From the NCBI GenBank assembly GCA_965219415.1, contig CBDCNP010000002.1, positions 2,240,001 to 2,304,000 of the forward strand: a stretch of 64,000 nt of DNA. The letters run 5' to 3'. How positions within the stretch are numbered: position 1 is the first letter of the stretch; the number at the start of each line of letters is the position of its first letter. A program made the position numbers and the translations under genes. The stretch comes from Candidatus Marinacidobacterales bacterium. GTDB lineage: Bacteria; Acidobacteriota; Vicinamibacteria; Marinacidobacterales; DATDRI01. The notes below the pieces were generated by a model. That model saw only the letters and a list, made by a program, of their open reading frames with translations, had not been told where the DNA came from and did no database searches. Of the stretch, positions 63,151 to 64,000 are shown piece after piece.

Positions 63151-64000
63151 TCAATTGGTGGGTACTAGCCGTTTCAGCTCCTCGAACCAATTCGTAACGA
63201 CGATGATTTCCGAAGCCACGTGTTGCTCCCCGGCCTCGATCATCAAGAAACGCTGCCCATCGGGAGTGACATCGTAATCGCGAACCGCCACGTTACCACG
63301 GTCGAAACGGTCCTCGAACAAGACCTTGGGCGTGCCGGGTTCGAATTCGGGTGTCAGTTCGATACCGACCACCATCATCTTGCCATCGTATGACCGATAG
63401 AACATCTCCTTACCATGAGGATTCCATGCGGGCTCGCCCCCGCCAGCGGTCGAGATCTGGTGACGGGGCCCCGGTCCAGGGTAGGGGCGTACATACACCT
63501 CACGGCGCCCGGACTCGTTGGACGTGTAGGCGATCCATCGGCCGTCCGGGGAGAACTCCGCACCTTGTTCAGCAAAGGGTGTCGCGAGAACCAGTGCGCC
63601 CTCGATCAACGTCCGATATTCGCCCGTCACGAGCGAGAACGCTTGGATCGACGACCGCGCGATGTCATCCCAACCCGAGGGGCCGGGGACTGCGAGGAGA
63701 AGTGTCTCTCGGTCTGGAAGCATCTGGAGGGGGTGATGCTGCGTACTCTCTTCAGGTTCCGTCACAATCTGCGGTGTACCCCCTACTGCGGCAATCCACG
63801 TAACTCCTGGACCGGCGGCGCGGGAACGAAAGTAAATGCGGTCATCGGGCCCCCAGGTCGCCCCGCGCAAGTCCGGGGCGTCACACAGAGTTACCGGCGA
63901 CCCACCGGCGACCGACACCTTCTTGAGCTTGTCGTCCGCGCTAACGAACCCGACCCACTCGCCGTCTGGGAAAAAAATGGCCACCGGTAGCCACCCTCAG
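63151..64000 (-). pseudogene. C-terminal PD40 region of a second kinase-propeller paralog, with an in-frame deletion near 63595; 5' end outside window
   Basis: Colinear with the downstream paralog, but jumps from TLIEGA to LVLATPF, skipping roughly 200 aa. Confidence 0.75.

Noticed and set aside
1-64000. tRNA, rRNA, riboswitch, integrase or transposase genes
   Set aside because: None was recognisable by eye. A covariance-model scan would be needed to exclude small RNAs in the gaps at 6470-6720 and 26585-26785.

Overview
GC-rich (about 60% by eye) bacterial chromosomal window, most likely Acidobacteriota, judging by the acidobacterial-type VWA protein, tandem Ser/Thr kinase-PD40 propeller proteins, a TIGR02999-type ECF sigma factor and LptD. 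Intact housekeeping genes include lptD-rfbA-rfbB, nfuA, ppiA, ogt, polA, an M24 peptidase, osmoprotectant and Zn ABC transporters, pta, rpsU, purD and purE. There is also an intact operon of five GT4 glycosyltransferases with a DPPR-synthase-like UbiA gene. The best candidate for new biology is a radical SAM gene at 4387-5823. Its apparent stop codon is very likely selenocysteine (tail WFC-U-SEPTEGQ, followed by a SECIS-like hairpin), and it lies next to nfuA and a convergent cupin plus ATP-grasp ligase, suggesting an uncharacterised biosynthetic module. The second major feature is a Wzx/Wzy-type exopolysaccharide locus with c-di-GMP genes (13.8-35.7 kb) that is broken by many frameshifts, large deletions, an in-frame wzc/O-antigen-polymerase chimera and an inversion inside a wecA-like gene, while essential neighbours are clean. 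This is either selective decay or assembly artefact. I saw no rRNA, tRNA or CRISPR array. All calls come from reading motifs by eye; no searches were run.
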